DNA of 64,000 bases from Octopus sinensis (GCF_006345805.1 NC_042997.1:115382001-115446000), one strand, 5' to 3'; numbered from the stretch's first letter, positions 12,485 to 24,964 are shown. Program-made: numbers and translations. Notes: generated by a model from the letters alone, not told the origin.

Positions 12485-13336
12485 TAAAGTTAAGCAAAAA
12501 TTTAGATTCGAATGAATATGGTACTTAATTTAGATGCATAGAATTTTGTATGGTGTTATCCATAAAAATTTGCGGGGTGATTATAATCAAAATAAGCAAC
12601 AAGAATGACTCCGGTAATTTGGTACAATTGTTTCGCACTACATCATTTTATTAAAAGCTGTAAGTATTACAACAGATTTAAGATGCTGAGTGCTCATCAG
12701 CCAATTATATAGGTTTTCCATTAATATTAAAGCTTTCAAATCAAGTAGCAACATTATAGAGAAGGTAGATATACAGACAAAGATGTAGATTTAAATTTTA
12801 AGAACATATGAGGTAGTGAAGTCCAACCACTGACTGACCAAGCTATGGCTGTATCTAACTGCTATAAGGTTAGAAGTAATAAAGATTTTTTAGTTGTAGG
12901 AATGGGGTAAAGGAGGTTTCAGAATACCATAAAAGGAATTCAAGTTGAAGACAGTAGTTGCCACTAACAAAATACCAATTACTACTATTTGGTGAGAGAA
13001 ACTAGGTCAATGTCAAATGGTCATTAATCCCCTTTACAGAGAGTAGGAGAAAAACCTACCACTTATTATTATGAGTAGGCATAGTATTTTATAACTGGGG
13101 GAAAGCCTTATTAATTTTAAAACTAGATTAGATTTAGAAAAAATTCCAATTTCAAGTTTACAGTGAAGTTTTTTTAGTTATCTATGAAAGTTAAATTGAA
13201 AGCTAGTATAGTATATAATTGGGTAATGAGCACTCAGCATCATAAATCTTTTGTAATACTTACAACTTTTAATAAAATGATGTAGTGCGAAACAATTGTA
13301 CCAAATTACCGGAGTCATTCTTGTTGCTTTTTTGAG
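12485..13336 (-). mobile_element. ORF-less PLE-like element with inverted terminal repeats carrying hammerheads
   Basis: Arms 12594-12710 and 13212-13329 are reverse complements (about 5 substitutions); outer ends run into TA/TATG arrays. Confidence 0.7.
12615..12706 (-). ncRNA. Type I hammerhead ribozyme with extended stem II
   Basis: TTGG-CTGATGA-GCACT...(about 50 nt)...AGTGC-GAAAC-AATT-GTA-CCAA; canonical core, palindromic ACAATTGT, GUA cleavage triplet. Confidence 0.8.
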
Positions 13337-13337
13337 T

Positions 13338-13425
<88 letters not shown>

Positions 13426-13700
13426 CAAATAAGAAAATGGAGAAACAAATTTGGTTTGTTTATCAACTTACGGATATTATAATGCTGGATTATTTACTCA
13501 TTGTACAAATGGGAACATCAAAAGCATACAAAAAATATTATATAAAACAATAGATAAGATAATAATACAAATACAGATTTTAAAAGTCATAGTATAAATT
13601 AATGAAATCCTATATATTATACATAGACAGTGCTCCAGCATGGCCGCAGTCACTTGACTGAAACCAGTAAAAGAGTAAAAAAGTATACATGACAGTTTTC

Positions 13701-13800
13701 NNNNNNNNNNNNNNNNNNNNNNNNNNNNNNNNNNNNNNNNNNNNNNNNNNNNNNNNNNNNNNNNNNNNNNNNNNNNNNNNNNNNNNNNNNNNNNNNNNNN
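13701..13800. other. Assembly gap
   Basis: 100 N. Confidence 1.
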
Positions 13801-13804
13801 ATAT

Positions 13805-14017
13805 AAAGGGTAAAGACCCCCTTCGGTCATGAATGACCATGGGATTGCACCTAGAAAGTTACCCTCCTAGACACAAGTCCGGGCAAGGTTGTTTATGGAA
13901 GACCAGCAGTCGCCCATGCATACCAGCCTCCCCTCTCCACGCCACCAGTGTTATCCAAGGGAAAGACAAAGGTCGATACATCTTGGCACCAGTGACGTCG
14001 CAACTCATTTCTACATT
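13805..14017 (-). mobile_element. 3' part of a fourth SINE family / RTE-like tail
   Basis: ends GGGGTCTTTACCCTTT on the minus strand; second fragment at 17975-18098. Confidence 0.55.
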
Positions 14018-14125
14018 ATATATATATAATTATTAATATTTGAGGGAATAAAATCCAAAACTTACAAGGGAAAAAGTTTAATTTAGAAATACTAAATCAA
14101 ATTTCACACAATATAATATATATAT

Positions 14126-14441
14126 AAAAAATTAGAAAAAAACAACTTTTATCAATTCAAAATGAACTATTAAATTACACCATCTGGAAAATTACATATA
14201 ATAGAAATATTAACATTAAAATAACAATAATATACCAATGATTAAGTAAATTGCAAAAAAAAATAATAATAGCTTATATAAATTGTATATAAGTTATTAT
14301 TATAATGTTTTTTGCAATTTACTTAATCTTTGACATTTTATTGTTATTCTAATTTTAATATTTCTATCATATGTAATTTTCTAGATGGTGTAATTTAATT
14401 GCTAATTTTGAATTGATAGAAGGCGGGTTTTTTCTAATTTT
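14126..14441. mobile_element. AT-rich foldback (MITE-like) element flanked by TA repeats
   Basis: left arm AAAATTAGAAAAAA...GATTAAGTAAATTGCAAAAA mirrors right arm TTTTTGCAATTTACTTAATC...TTTTTTCTAATTTT; centre also palindromic. Confidence 0.65.
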
Positions 14442-14466
14442 ATATATATATATGTATATATATATA

Positions 14467-14690
14467 ACGGGAAGCTTTATGAAAATAAACAAAAGACGCA
14501 GGCAGGTGGAATACAAACAAACAATTGTATTAGTATGGCGCTCAGGAATATAAATAAAACAAGTCTTTTACGTTTCGAGCCTACGCTCTTGAACAGAAAG
14601 ATACACAGAAAAGAAAGACGGAGAGAAACAAGGAGAGAAAAAAAATGCGCGCAGAAGCTAGCGAATCAACATGGCGATCTGTATATATAT
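14467..14690 (-). mobile_element. Solo PLE 3'-terminal segment (subfamily A), hammerhead core decayed to CUGUUCA
   Basis: matches 33344-33560; abuts (TA)n at 14441-14466. Confidence 0.8.
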
Positions 14691-15052
14691 GGCGATATAT
14701 ATATATATATATATAGCCAATTCGAGGATGTCAGGTCCTCATTCGGGAGGTTAATCGCTATCATATAAGGAGAAAGTCTCGGGGATATGTTAGGGATTAT
14801 TGTAGTAATACATATTTACTCTTTAACTCTTTTACTTGTTGCAGTCATCTGACTTCGGCCATGATGGAGCACCGCCTTTCGTCGAGCAAATCCTGCGCCT
14901 GTTAAAAAGCGGAAACTGAAAGAAGTACGTTGTGTGTGTGTGTGTGGTGTGTGTGTGTGTTGTGTGTGTGTGTGTGGTCTGTATGTCTGTGTGTACACAC
15001 ACACACACACATATATACATACACACACACATATACATATACACACACACAT

Positions 15053-15083
<31 letters not shown>

Positions 15084-15371
15084 CACATACATATATATAC
15101 ACACACATACATAGTGTATATATGGTGAGATAGAGAAAATATATAATATACATTGTATACATATAATATGTGCTTGTGTGTGAGTTTGTGTGTGTGTGTA
15201 TGTGTGAGTTTGAGTGTGTACGTGTGTAGTATGTGTATATGTGTGCGGCAGGGTTAGGGCAGAAAAATACGCGGTTAAAAGAAAAAAAAATCCTTTTCTC
15301 TCAATTCCTGTCTATTTTCTTTCGTGTACTTTAAGGTTCAGTGTGTGTATGTGTGTATTATTTTGTGTATA

Positions 15372-15411
<40 letters not shown>

Positions 15412-15844
15412 CATGTGCTTGTCTGTATGAATGTATCTGTCTACGCGTGTGTATGTATATGTTTGTGTGTAATTGCGTATATGTGTGTGTTTGTGTTTGT
15501 GTGTATGTGTATGTGTGCTTGAATGTATATAGATATGTGTCTAGAGATGTATTTAAGTTTCCTTGTATATATTTTTGTGTTTTTGTATGCGTATGCGCGC
15601 GTGTGTGTGTGTCTGTGTGTGTGTGTGTGTGTTTAATTATATCCAGCGCAAGAATATAAAATTAGAAAAACAAATATATGAAAATGAAAATAAATGATTA
15701 GAAGAGAGAGAGAGAACGGCAGAAAGAGAAAGAGAGAGAAGAACTAGGATACATAGAAAGAAAGAAGCAATGGCGGAAATATACAGAAAAAATGGAGACG
15801 GTTATTTTTCCAGTTTCAACATAGAGACTATCTAGGTATTAGAT

Positions 15845-15959
15845 GAGGATGATAATAATAACAATAATAAATAATAACAATATTAATAATAATAATAATA
15901 ATAATAACAACAACAACAATGACAATAACAAATGCAATTGCAACAATAGTAACAATGTC

Positions 15960-16009
<50 letters not shown>

Positions 16010-16111
16010 TAACACTGATGAAGATGATGTTGATCAATAATGATGGTGATAATAACAATAAGGAACAACAAAAACAACAACAAAAACACCACCAACAACA
16101 ACAACTACGAC

Positions 16112-16161
<50 letters not shown>

Positions 16162-16200
16162 TAATAATCATAAAAATAATAATAATAATGATAATAATGT
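15845..16200. repeat. (AAT)n/(AAC)n trinucleotide field
   Basis: direct inspection. Confidence 0.9.
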
Positions 16201-16441
16201 AGAAAATGATATCCAGAATGTGTAACAAAAAGAAAATCGGATGGAATGGGTGATGTTTTTGTATTGGTAGCTGCAGGCGATACTAGAGGCCGAGAATGTT
16301 TAATGGCGAAGTATAAACAACGTGATATTGCCTTCAGATTGGTTCTATTGATTCTGGAGGCGAAAATCCCTTCGTTCGTTCTCCATTTAGACAAGGCCTG
16401 AATACATATGTATAACGGTGTTTTTGTGTGGGAATGTGTGT

Positions 16442-16479
<38 letters not shown>

Positions 16480-16586
16480 CGTGCGTGCGTGTGTGTGTGT
16501 GTGTGTGTGTGTGTATGTTCGTGTCTGTGTGTGTGTCTGTGTGTGTGTGTGAATGTGTAAATGAATGTTTGTACGAGTGGAAGGGG

Positions 16587-16625
<39 letters not shown>

Positions 16626-17038
16626 TAAACAACCACATACATACATACGTACACACACACACACAAACACACGCACATATATATATATATATATATAATG
16701 CGTGCACTTGTACATAGGAACCTCATCTTTATATATATATAGTATATATATATATATATATAAGATGAGGTTCCTATGTACAAGTGTACGCACTATATTG
16801 TGTTTCGATGTATGAAATTATACATACACACACAAACACACACACATTCGCACACAGATAATACATTTATACATACATACATACATACATACATACATAC
16901 ATACATACATGCATAGACACATACATACATACATACATACATGCATGTATACATACATACATGCCTGCATGCGTACATTCACACACATACACGCATGTAT
17001 ATACACACACACGTATATATATATATATATATATATAT

Positions 17039-17095
<57 letters not shown>

Positions 17096-17129
17096 ATGTA
17101 TGTAGTATGTATGTATGCATGTATGTGCG

Positions 17130-17160
<31 letters not shown>

Positions 17161-17470
17161 TGTATGTATGTATGTATGTATGCATGTATGTGTATATCAC
17201 ATTGTGATTGTGCTTCATTTTCACTTCTCATTTATTTTTGAAGCTCTACAAGTATAAGTCCTACACACGTATGAGCACGCACGTGTTTCTGAGTGTGTAT
17301 GAGTGTATGTGTTAATGCTAGTTTAATTAAATTTGCAAAGGAGTTAGGGCGGTAACCATGTTCTTAGTTAAACTGTCGAAGTATATGTTAGCACCAGGTC
17401 AACCCTGATCGCATAGAATTATGATCAAAAGCGTTCCAGTCGTGACCAGTCTATCATTATTTAATGTGTC

Positions 17471-17869
17471 AAAGGTGGCGAGCCGGCAGAATCGTTAGCA
17501 TGCCGGGCAAAATGCTTAGTGCTATTTCGTTTGCCGTTATGTTCTGAGTTCAAATTCTGCCCGGGTTGACTTTGCCTTTCATCCTTTCGGGTTCGATTAA
17601 ATAAGTACCAGTTACGCACTGGGGTCGATATAATCGACTTAATCCGTTTGTCTGTCCTTGTTTGTCTACTCTGTGTGTAGCCCCTTGTGGGCAATAAAGA
17701 AATAGGTATTTCGTCTGTCTTTACGTTCTCAGTTCAAATTCCGCCGAGGTTGACTTTGCCTTTCATCCTTTCGGGGTCGATAAATTAAGTACCAGTTGCG
17801 TACTGGGGTCGATCTAATCGACTGGCCCCCTACCCCAAAATTTCGGGCCTTGTGCCTAGAGTGGAAAAG
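17471..17869 (+). mobile_element. tRNA-derived SINE (head type 2), dimeric body, 15-bp TSD
   Basis: TSD ATTATTTAATGTGTC at 17456-17470 and 17870-17884; two body units with different tails. Confidence 0.85.
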
Positions 17870-18453
17870 ATTATTTAATGTGTCTTTCACTTTTTTAAAG
17901 ATAGTAGTGTGTAATTTTGGTAAGATGTGGATGCTGTTTCTAACAGCTTGAGTGACTCCATAGTCGCTCACGCATACCAGCTTCCCTTTTCCACGTCACC
18001 AATGATATCCAAGGGAAAAAGAAAAGACCGAAACAGCTTGGCACCAGTGACGTCACAGCTCATTTCTACAGCTGAGTGAACTGGAGTAACGTGAAATAAT
18101 GAACACACGCACTATATATTCGCTCTTCACTCGTTTATTATTATATCTTATGTCCATTGTCTGGAAATCTTTCGTCACACATCTGTGACATATTCAGCAA
18201 CTCTTCCATCCCACATGTCTCCACCTGTTCTGTTTAGTCAATTCTGGGACAGAAATACCGCCCCGAAATATAACAATGTCTGTTTCAACACACGATTTCA
18301 CATCAGGAATCTTGCAACACAAATTCATAATCGTATATAGATATATGGATAGACAGACAGATAAAAAGATAGATAGGCAGACAGTTAGATACATACATAC
18401 ATAATACATAATACATACATACATATACATACATACATATACATATATATAGA

Positions 18454-18507
<54 letters not shown>

Positions 18508-19384
18508 CATACATGCATACATGTATATATATATATATAATATATATATATATTATATGCATGTATGCATGTGTATATATATAATATATATATATTATAT
18601 ATATATATATATAATAATATACATGCATATATATATATATATTATATATAATTATATATATCCTATGAAGATGAAGATTATTATTTTTGGAATTCTTTTG
18701 TAGGCACTGACTGACATCGGAAGCCTAGGAAAGGGCTTTAATACGTTCCCAGAGTATATAGAAGATAAGAGGAAATACTAATAAGGTTTGTATACTAAAA
18801 TCGTGAAATATGTTACGTAATAACAGGCTAATCAGATATGAGATAATAACAATTCAAAGTAAGTCACTCTGAAAAGGACTTTGGTGCGTTCTCAGAGAAT
18901 ATTATCCTGAGGAGTGCTAGTGTTGTTATATTCGTGAATATGTCGCTAACCGAAATAAGTGGATCTATTGTTTAGGAAAATACTGTTTACTTTTTCAAGG
19001 GTTGTACTGGATAAATTGCTAAAATAACTCTAACAGTTCAAATACTAAGAAATAAGCATACTCAATTTCATTTTTACCAAATAATTTAGGAACATGAATG
19101 GGTTATTTCCCTTGGCTATATATAAGGATCCATTCCTTGGACGAATGGGTTATTTCCCTTGGCTTTTGAAATAAAGTATACTAGATATATATAAGGATCC
19201 CTTCCAGGGACCCTATTATCGATTTTTTTTCCCAATAATCTGAGAATGCCATGAGGTTTCCAGACATGAGTTCTACTCACGTGTCAAGTTTCATGAAAAT
19301 CTATAAAACGATGTAGGTGGAGTTAGCTAACAACTCCACAAACACATCAACAGACAGAATTTCCCACATATTCGGTGCGAATGG

Positions 19385-20680
19385 TTTTGTTAAGCGGTGT
19401 CCAGTTTTACAATTCTGCAAATAACAATGGTATTTTTTAACCGAAATACCTAGCGTCATAGCATCATAATTTTGAAATATCTACAAAACCATCAAAAGCT
19501 TGTTTTTTATGTTTTTGTTTATTTATTATTAGTGTTGCTTCATATGTTTTGCTAAAATTGCTGTTTCTTTTCAGATATCATCAGAAAAAGGTAATTAAAA
19601 TACATTAAAATGACAGATCTATTGAACTTTCAAAGAGATCAAATTGTTCGTGTTCGTATGGCAGGCGCTAGCATAACGAAAACTACTGAAATGTTCGGTG
19701 TATCAAGAAATACTGTTTCGAAAGTAATGACAGCCTTTGAGAAAGATGGAAAAACATTCTCGTCGAAACAAAAGTCCGGAAGAAAACCAAAACTTTCAGA
19801 TAGGGACCGTCGGACTTTTACGCGAATTGTTAGAAAGGATTACAAAAGTACAGCTCCCCAAATTACTGCAGAACTTAATGACCACCTTGAGAACCCAATT
19901 TTGACAAAAACTGTTCGTCGAGAGCTGCACAAAGCTGGATTTCACGGGAGGGCTGCAATCAGAAAACCACTGCTTTCAAAAACAAACGCTGCAAAGCATT
20001 TAGAGTGGTGTAAAAACCTACAGAATTGGTTCTAAGAGCAGTGGAAGAATGTTATGTTCTCGGAAGATTCATCCTTTACCTTATTTCCTACAACTGGTCG
20101 AGTATACGTGTGGAGACAGCCAAAAGAAGCATTTGTCCCAGACTACCTTCTTCCAACTGTTAAACATAGAAGAGGATCTGTGATGATCTGGTGTGTGTGT
20201 GGGGCTATATCTTGGAAATCCGTCGGCCCAATGGTTTCCCTTCATGGCAGAATTAAGCATTTTATCTGATCAAGTTCATCCTATGGTTGCGGAACTATTT
20301 CCGGAGGGAAACAATCTTTCAGGATGTCAATGCACCAATTCACACAGCTAAAGTTGTTATTGAATAGCACAATGAACATGCTAATGAAGTTGAACATCTG
20401 GCCACCACAGCCCTCAGATCTCAATATTACTGAAGATTTATGGCGAGTTTTAGAAAAACAATTAAGGAATCGATATCCTCCACCATCATCACTACAAGAA
20501 CTGGAAACTGTTTTAGCTGAAGAATGGAGAAAAATGTCTTTGGAAACAATTTAGAGTTTGTACGAGTCCATACCTCGTAGAATTCAAGCTGTAATTACTG
20601 CCAAAGGCGGTCCTACCCCATATTAAAATAAATTTGTTTGAAATTTGAAGGTGTCTTCATTATTTTGTCCAACTTATTGT
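19385..20680 (+). mobile_element. Tc1-family transposon relic (DD34E transposase pseudogene about 19610-20625)
   Basis: HTH (FGVSRNTVSK), GRKPKLS, RKPLL, FSED, GSVMIW, QD-NAP, PSDLNITEDLW; right TIR GGTGTCTTCATTATTTTGTCCAAC; left TIR not found. Confidence 0.9.
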
Positions 20681-20718
20681 GCGTATGTATGTACTGTTAT
20701 ATATAATATATATATATA

Positions 20719-20750
<32 letters not shown>

Positions 20751-21050
20751 ATATACACAAAAAAACCCCAGTTTATTGTTCCACTATTAGTACGATCAGC
20801 AGAAAAAAGTACATTCCATCTACTGCGAATAAATATTTAATGTATTAATGTGCACAGATTTAAAATAAAAGCCACTAATAGTTTCTTGTGATACAGCACG
20901 AAGATTTCTTGGAGACACAAGGCACGTTACATAAATCTGCCTAATACCAGTGTCTCGATGACAAAAAAACAATTAGCAGCTCTTATAATTACTGTGTACA
21001 GTAAAAAATATAGGTATATATATATATTATATATATATATATATATATAT

Positions 21051-21117
<67 letters not shown>

Positions 21118-21122
<5 letters not shown>

Positions 21123-21300
21123 ATTGACGAAATGTTCCTGGCTTTGAGTATAAGAAAATACAGGAAAATCAGTAAATTCCCCTCTCAGAATCACAAACTT
21201 ATTGCAGTTTTTGTAAGTCCAGTAAAAAAAAAAAACTTGAAATGGGCCTCCAACCAGGCTTTTCGCGACATCCTTAAAGCCGGGAACTTTTCAGTACACA
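21118..21300. mobile_element. mariner-type MITE
   Basis: ends CGAGGATTGACGAAATGTTCCTGGCTTT and AAAGCCGGGAACTTTTCAGTAC are imperfect inverted repeats. Confidence 0.55.
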
Positions 21301-21313
21301 CATAGATATATGC

Positions 21314-21345
<32 letters not shown>

Positions 21346-21627
21346 TGTTTTAATTATCCCACTTAGTTGTTAGCTGTCGTAATGGAGGTTTGCCACAAAG
21401 TATTTTATAGACTGAAATGGTGGGAAAAGGGAATTTTTATTACACAAAGTATTACATTTCAACATTATATTATATAATTAAATAAAGAATTTTATTACCA
21501 CAACGACAAACCTACTGGTTATGGGATACTACAGACGAAGTGAAGTGATACAGTTCTATATTTAAGAGATGAGGAATTATATATATTATTTACATTTGAC
21601 GGATATTTGTCCTCATCTTGTTTGTTG

Positions 21628-21675
21628 TTAACACAACGTTTCGGCTGATATACCCTCCAGCCTTCATCAGGTGTC
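21628..21675 (-). ncRNA. Canonical minimal hammerhead in a solo PLE-type terminal fragment (21540-21695)
   Basis: ACAC-CTGATGA-A-GGCTG(GAGGGTATAT)CAGCC-GAAAC-GTT-GTGT. Confidence 0.8.
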
Positions 21676-21693
21676 TTGGGGAAATTTCGAACC

Positions 21694-21858
21694 TGGAATC
21701 GAACTCGGAATCTTAGGGTTAGTAGTCCGTGCTCTTAACAACTACGCCACATGCCCAGTAGTTATAATAAACATTCACAACGCCCGGTCTGGGAATCAAA
21801 ACAGCGTTCCAATGATCATGAGTCCGCTGCCCTAACCACTGGGTTATTGCGCCTCCAC
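21694..21858 (-). mobile_element. Two tandem tRNA-like SINE heads (head type 1, then another tRNA-like head)
   Basis: GGAGGCGCAATAACCCAGTGG...; GGCATGTGGCGTAGTTGTTAAG...GAGTTCGATTCCAG. Confidence 0.55.
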
Positions 21859-22245
21859 ATCTGTGAATATATATACATTTCTGTATACCTGTAAAATTTA
21901 TTATTATCTCCTTTAACCCACTAGTTTTTTTTGAATCCTTTCCAAAAATATACAAAATATATATCGTTTCAACAATTGTTTTTCTGCTACTATCTCACAA
22001 GTTTTATCAGATAAAACAACGCGATAAAACCCCTTCCCCCAATATTAATCGGTTGTTCACCCGTCAAGGACAAGCTGCAATGCGACTGCAACTCTACTTG
22101 CAGAAATAAACGCAATAATCTGTCATTTATGCAATATGTGAGAACAGATTTCAAGATAAGTTTGCCGGTCAACTACCTACTTGAAGTGATACATAACATA
22201 ACGAGAAATACAGGGAGATGCAAATGTAGAATGCAAAGAACAAAC

Positions 22246-22665
22246 TCTCTTTTACTCTTTTACTTGATTCAGTCAGTTGACTGTGGCTATGCTGGAGCAC
22301 CGCCTTTAGTCGAGCAAATCGACCCCAGGACTAATTCATTGTAAGCCTAGTACTTATTCTATCGGTCTCTTTTGCCGAACCGCTCAGTTACGGGAACGTA
22401 AACACACCAGCATTGGTTGTCAAGAGATGTTGGGTGGGTGGGGGTACAAATACAGACACACAAGCATATACACACACATACATATATATATGCATATATA
22501 CGACAGGCTTCTTTCAGTTTCCGTCCACCAAATCCACTCACAAGGCTTAGGTCGACCCGAGGCTATAGTAGAAGACACTTGCCCAAGGTGCCACGCAGTG
22601 GGACTGAACCCGGTACTATGTGGTTGGTAAGTAAGCTACTTATCACACACCCACTCCTACGCCTA
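22246..22665 (-). mobile_element. CORE-like SINE, full length
   Basis: family match with internal CA/TA tract. Confidence 0.85.
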
Positions 22666-23018
22666 TTAGATTCACGGCATAAATGATACACGAGCTCTTG
22701 TTATGTTTTACACAAGTATTATGCACGTTGTACACGATGACACACACACATACACACACATGTATAATGAAAATCACATCTTTAATTGTAGAATTCACCT
22801 TACAAAGCCGACAATTGTTTCCGTTGTATCAATATATTTAGATATAGACCAAATCAGAAAATTTTTTAATATTTCCGAAAATACATGTTATCACAACGTT
22901 TGAAGGCGATCCAAAACTACGTAGTATGTGTATGTGACTTTGAGTTTGTGCGCTTCCCACTATGTATGTATGTGTATGTATGTATGTATGTATGTATGTA
23001 TGTATGTATGTGTGTGTG

Positions 23019-23090
<72 letters not shown>

Positions 23091-23092
<2 letters not shown>

Positions 23093-23670
23093 GGGAGAGT
23101 TCACGAAAAAAACAAAAGACGAAGACAAGTGGCGTGGAAGCACTCCGTCGGTTACGACGACGAGGGTTCCGGTTGATCCGATCAACGGAACAGCCTGCTC
23201 GTGAAATTAACGTGTAAGTGGCTGAGCACTCCACAGACACGTGTACCCTTAACGTAGTTCTCGGGGATATTCAGCGTGACACAGAGAGTGACAAGACCGG
23301 CCCTTTGAAATACAGGTACAACAGAAACAGGAAGTAAGAGTGAGAGAAAGTTGTGGTGAAAGAGTACAGCAGGGAACACCACCATCCCTGCCGGAGCATC
23401 GTGGAGCTTCTAGGTGTTTTCGCTCAATAAACACTCACAACGCCTGGTCTGGGAATCGAAACCGCGATCCTACGACCGCGAGTCCGCTGCCCTAACCACT
23501 GGGCCATTGCGCCTCCACACAAGTGGCGTAGAAAACAAACAGATGTATTAGTATAACGCTCAGGAACAGAAAAAAGTCTTTTACGTTTCGAGCCTACGCT
23601 CTTCTACAGAAAGGGACACAGAAATAAACAAGGAGAGAAAAATGCGTGTAGTGGCTACCGATCTATCATG
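23091..23670 (-). mobile_element. Solo PLE 3'-terminal segment (subfamily B) interrupted by a SINE
   Basis: matches 9520-9680; hammerhead CTGTAGA at 23603-23609; 3' end abuts (TACA)n. Confidence 0.75.
23136..23518 (-). mobile_element. tRNA-derived SINE, head type 1 with body C, 11-bp TSD
   Basis: TSD ACAAGTGGCGT at 23125-23135 and 23519-23529; near-identical to 44409-44782. Confidence 0.9.
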
Positions 23671-23699
23671 TATGTCTTTATATGGATGGATGGATGGAT

Positions 23700-24232
23700 G
23701 GATGATGGATGGATGGAGGAAGCAGGTTAAGGAGGCGGTCAATACTTTTGAAAGAGCAGGTATTCAGCATGAAGAACTTAAGCGTGCTGCTCGAAAGTGC
23801 ACTGCTGGTGTAGTAAATGGGGAAAGCTTGGTTTGCAATGTTTGCAGTCGTGTATGCTTGTCAAGAGCAGGACTCATTAACCACCAACGCAGCCGAAAAT
23901 GCAGGATATATGTTAGTCCTAGAGCGTGCAATGTTCCTGAAGGTCAGCGATGGTCTTCTTTGGTCACGAGTGGACGGCCATCATCATTATGGATCACGAA
24001 TAATGTTGGACCGGCTGCAGATATATGTGGCTAATGAGATTCTTCCTGAATCACAGAGTGGATCATGCTGACATGATCTCTGCTCGGCAGTTACAGGAAA
24101 AGCGTGTGGAACAGCAAATAGGACTTTATCAGGTATCCATTGATCTTACTAAGGCTTTTGTCTCTGTCAATCGAACTACCTTGTGGGAGATCTTGAGGAT
24201 ACTTGGATGCCCGGTAAAGTTTCTAACTATTC
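23700..24232 (+). mobile_element. RTE-clade LINE relics (C-terminal Zn finger and 3' end, then an internal RT fragment)
   Basis: LVCNVCSRVCLSRAGLINHQRS plus (CAT)n tail at about 23980; then ILPESQ, ARQLQEK..EQ, IDLTKAFVSVNR..LWEIL..GCP. Confidence 0.8.
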
Positions 24233-24750
24233 TACATATGTATATATATTTGTGTGTGTGTCTTTATGTTTGTGTTTCTGTGTTTGTGCCCCCACCATCG
24301 CTTGACAACCGATGTTGGTTTGCTTATGTCCCCGAAACTTAGCGGTTCGGCAAAATTGACCGATAGAATAAGTACTAGGCTTACAAAGGATATTTCCTGC
24401 GGTCGATTTGTTCGACTAAAGGCGGTGCTCTAGCATGGCCGCAGTCAAATGACTGAAACGTGTAAAAAAGTTTTAAAAAGTAAGAGAACAGTATTGATTC
24501 TACTTCGCGGATCTTCACCTACCGCTGGGGTTGGGGGTGGCGGTTTGGAATGTAACATCCGCGAGAGTCGAGGAATTACTTTAAAGTAAAGAAGTTAGCA
24601 AAATATTGCAAAGTTTTGATTCAACGCAATCCATATAAAATCTGTTACTTTATGTTCTTCTCAAAACTCGTAAGCACCATTTACATTTTCGTAAAATGTA
24701 TAATGTGTTGTAACAACTGGGTTTGAGGTGAAGAATCGAAAGTGAATATT

Positions 24751-24964
24751 CGTTTCTACTCTAAGCACAAGGCCCAAAATTTTGGGGGAAGGGGCCAGTC
24801 GATTAGATCGACTTCAGTACGCAACTGGCACTTAATTTATCGACCCCGAAAGGATGAAAGGCAAAGGTGACCTCGGCGGAATTTGAACTCAGAACGTAAC
24901 GGCAGACGAAATACGGCTACGCATTTCGCCCGACGTGCTAACCTCTCTGCCACTTCGCCACCTT
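24751..24964 (-). mobile_element. tRNA-derived SINE (head type 2), monomer
   Basis: TSD ATCGA(A/G)AGTGAATATT at 24735-24750 and 24965-24980. Confidence 0.8.

Noticed and set aside
18701-18785. Possible terminal exon ALTDIGSLGKGFNTFPEYIEDKRKY*
   Set aside because: Good acceptor but short, no recognisable homology and no linked exons
19205-19375. Helentron/DINE-like fragment (CAAGTTTCATGAAAATC...)
   Set aside because: Only a partial motif resemblance; termini not definable
21694-21757. tRNA gene
   Set aside because: The acceptor stem does not close and it sits among SINE fragments; treated as a SINE head
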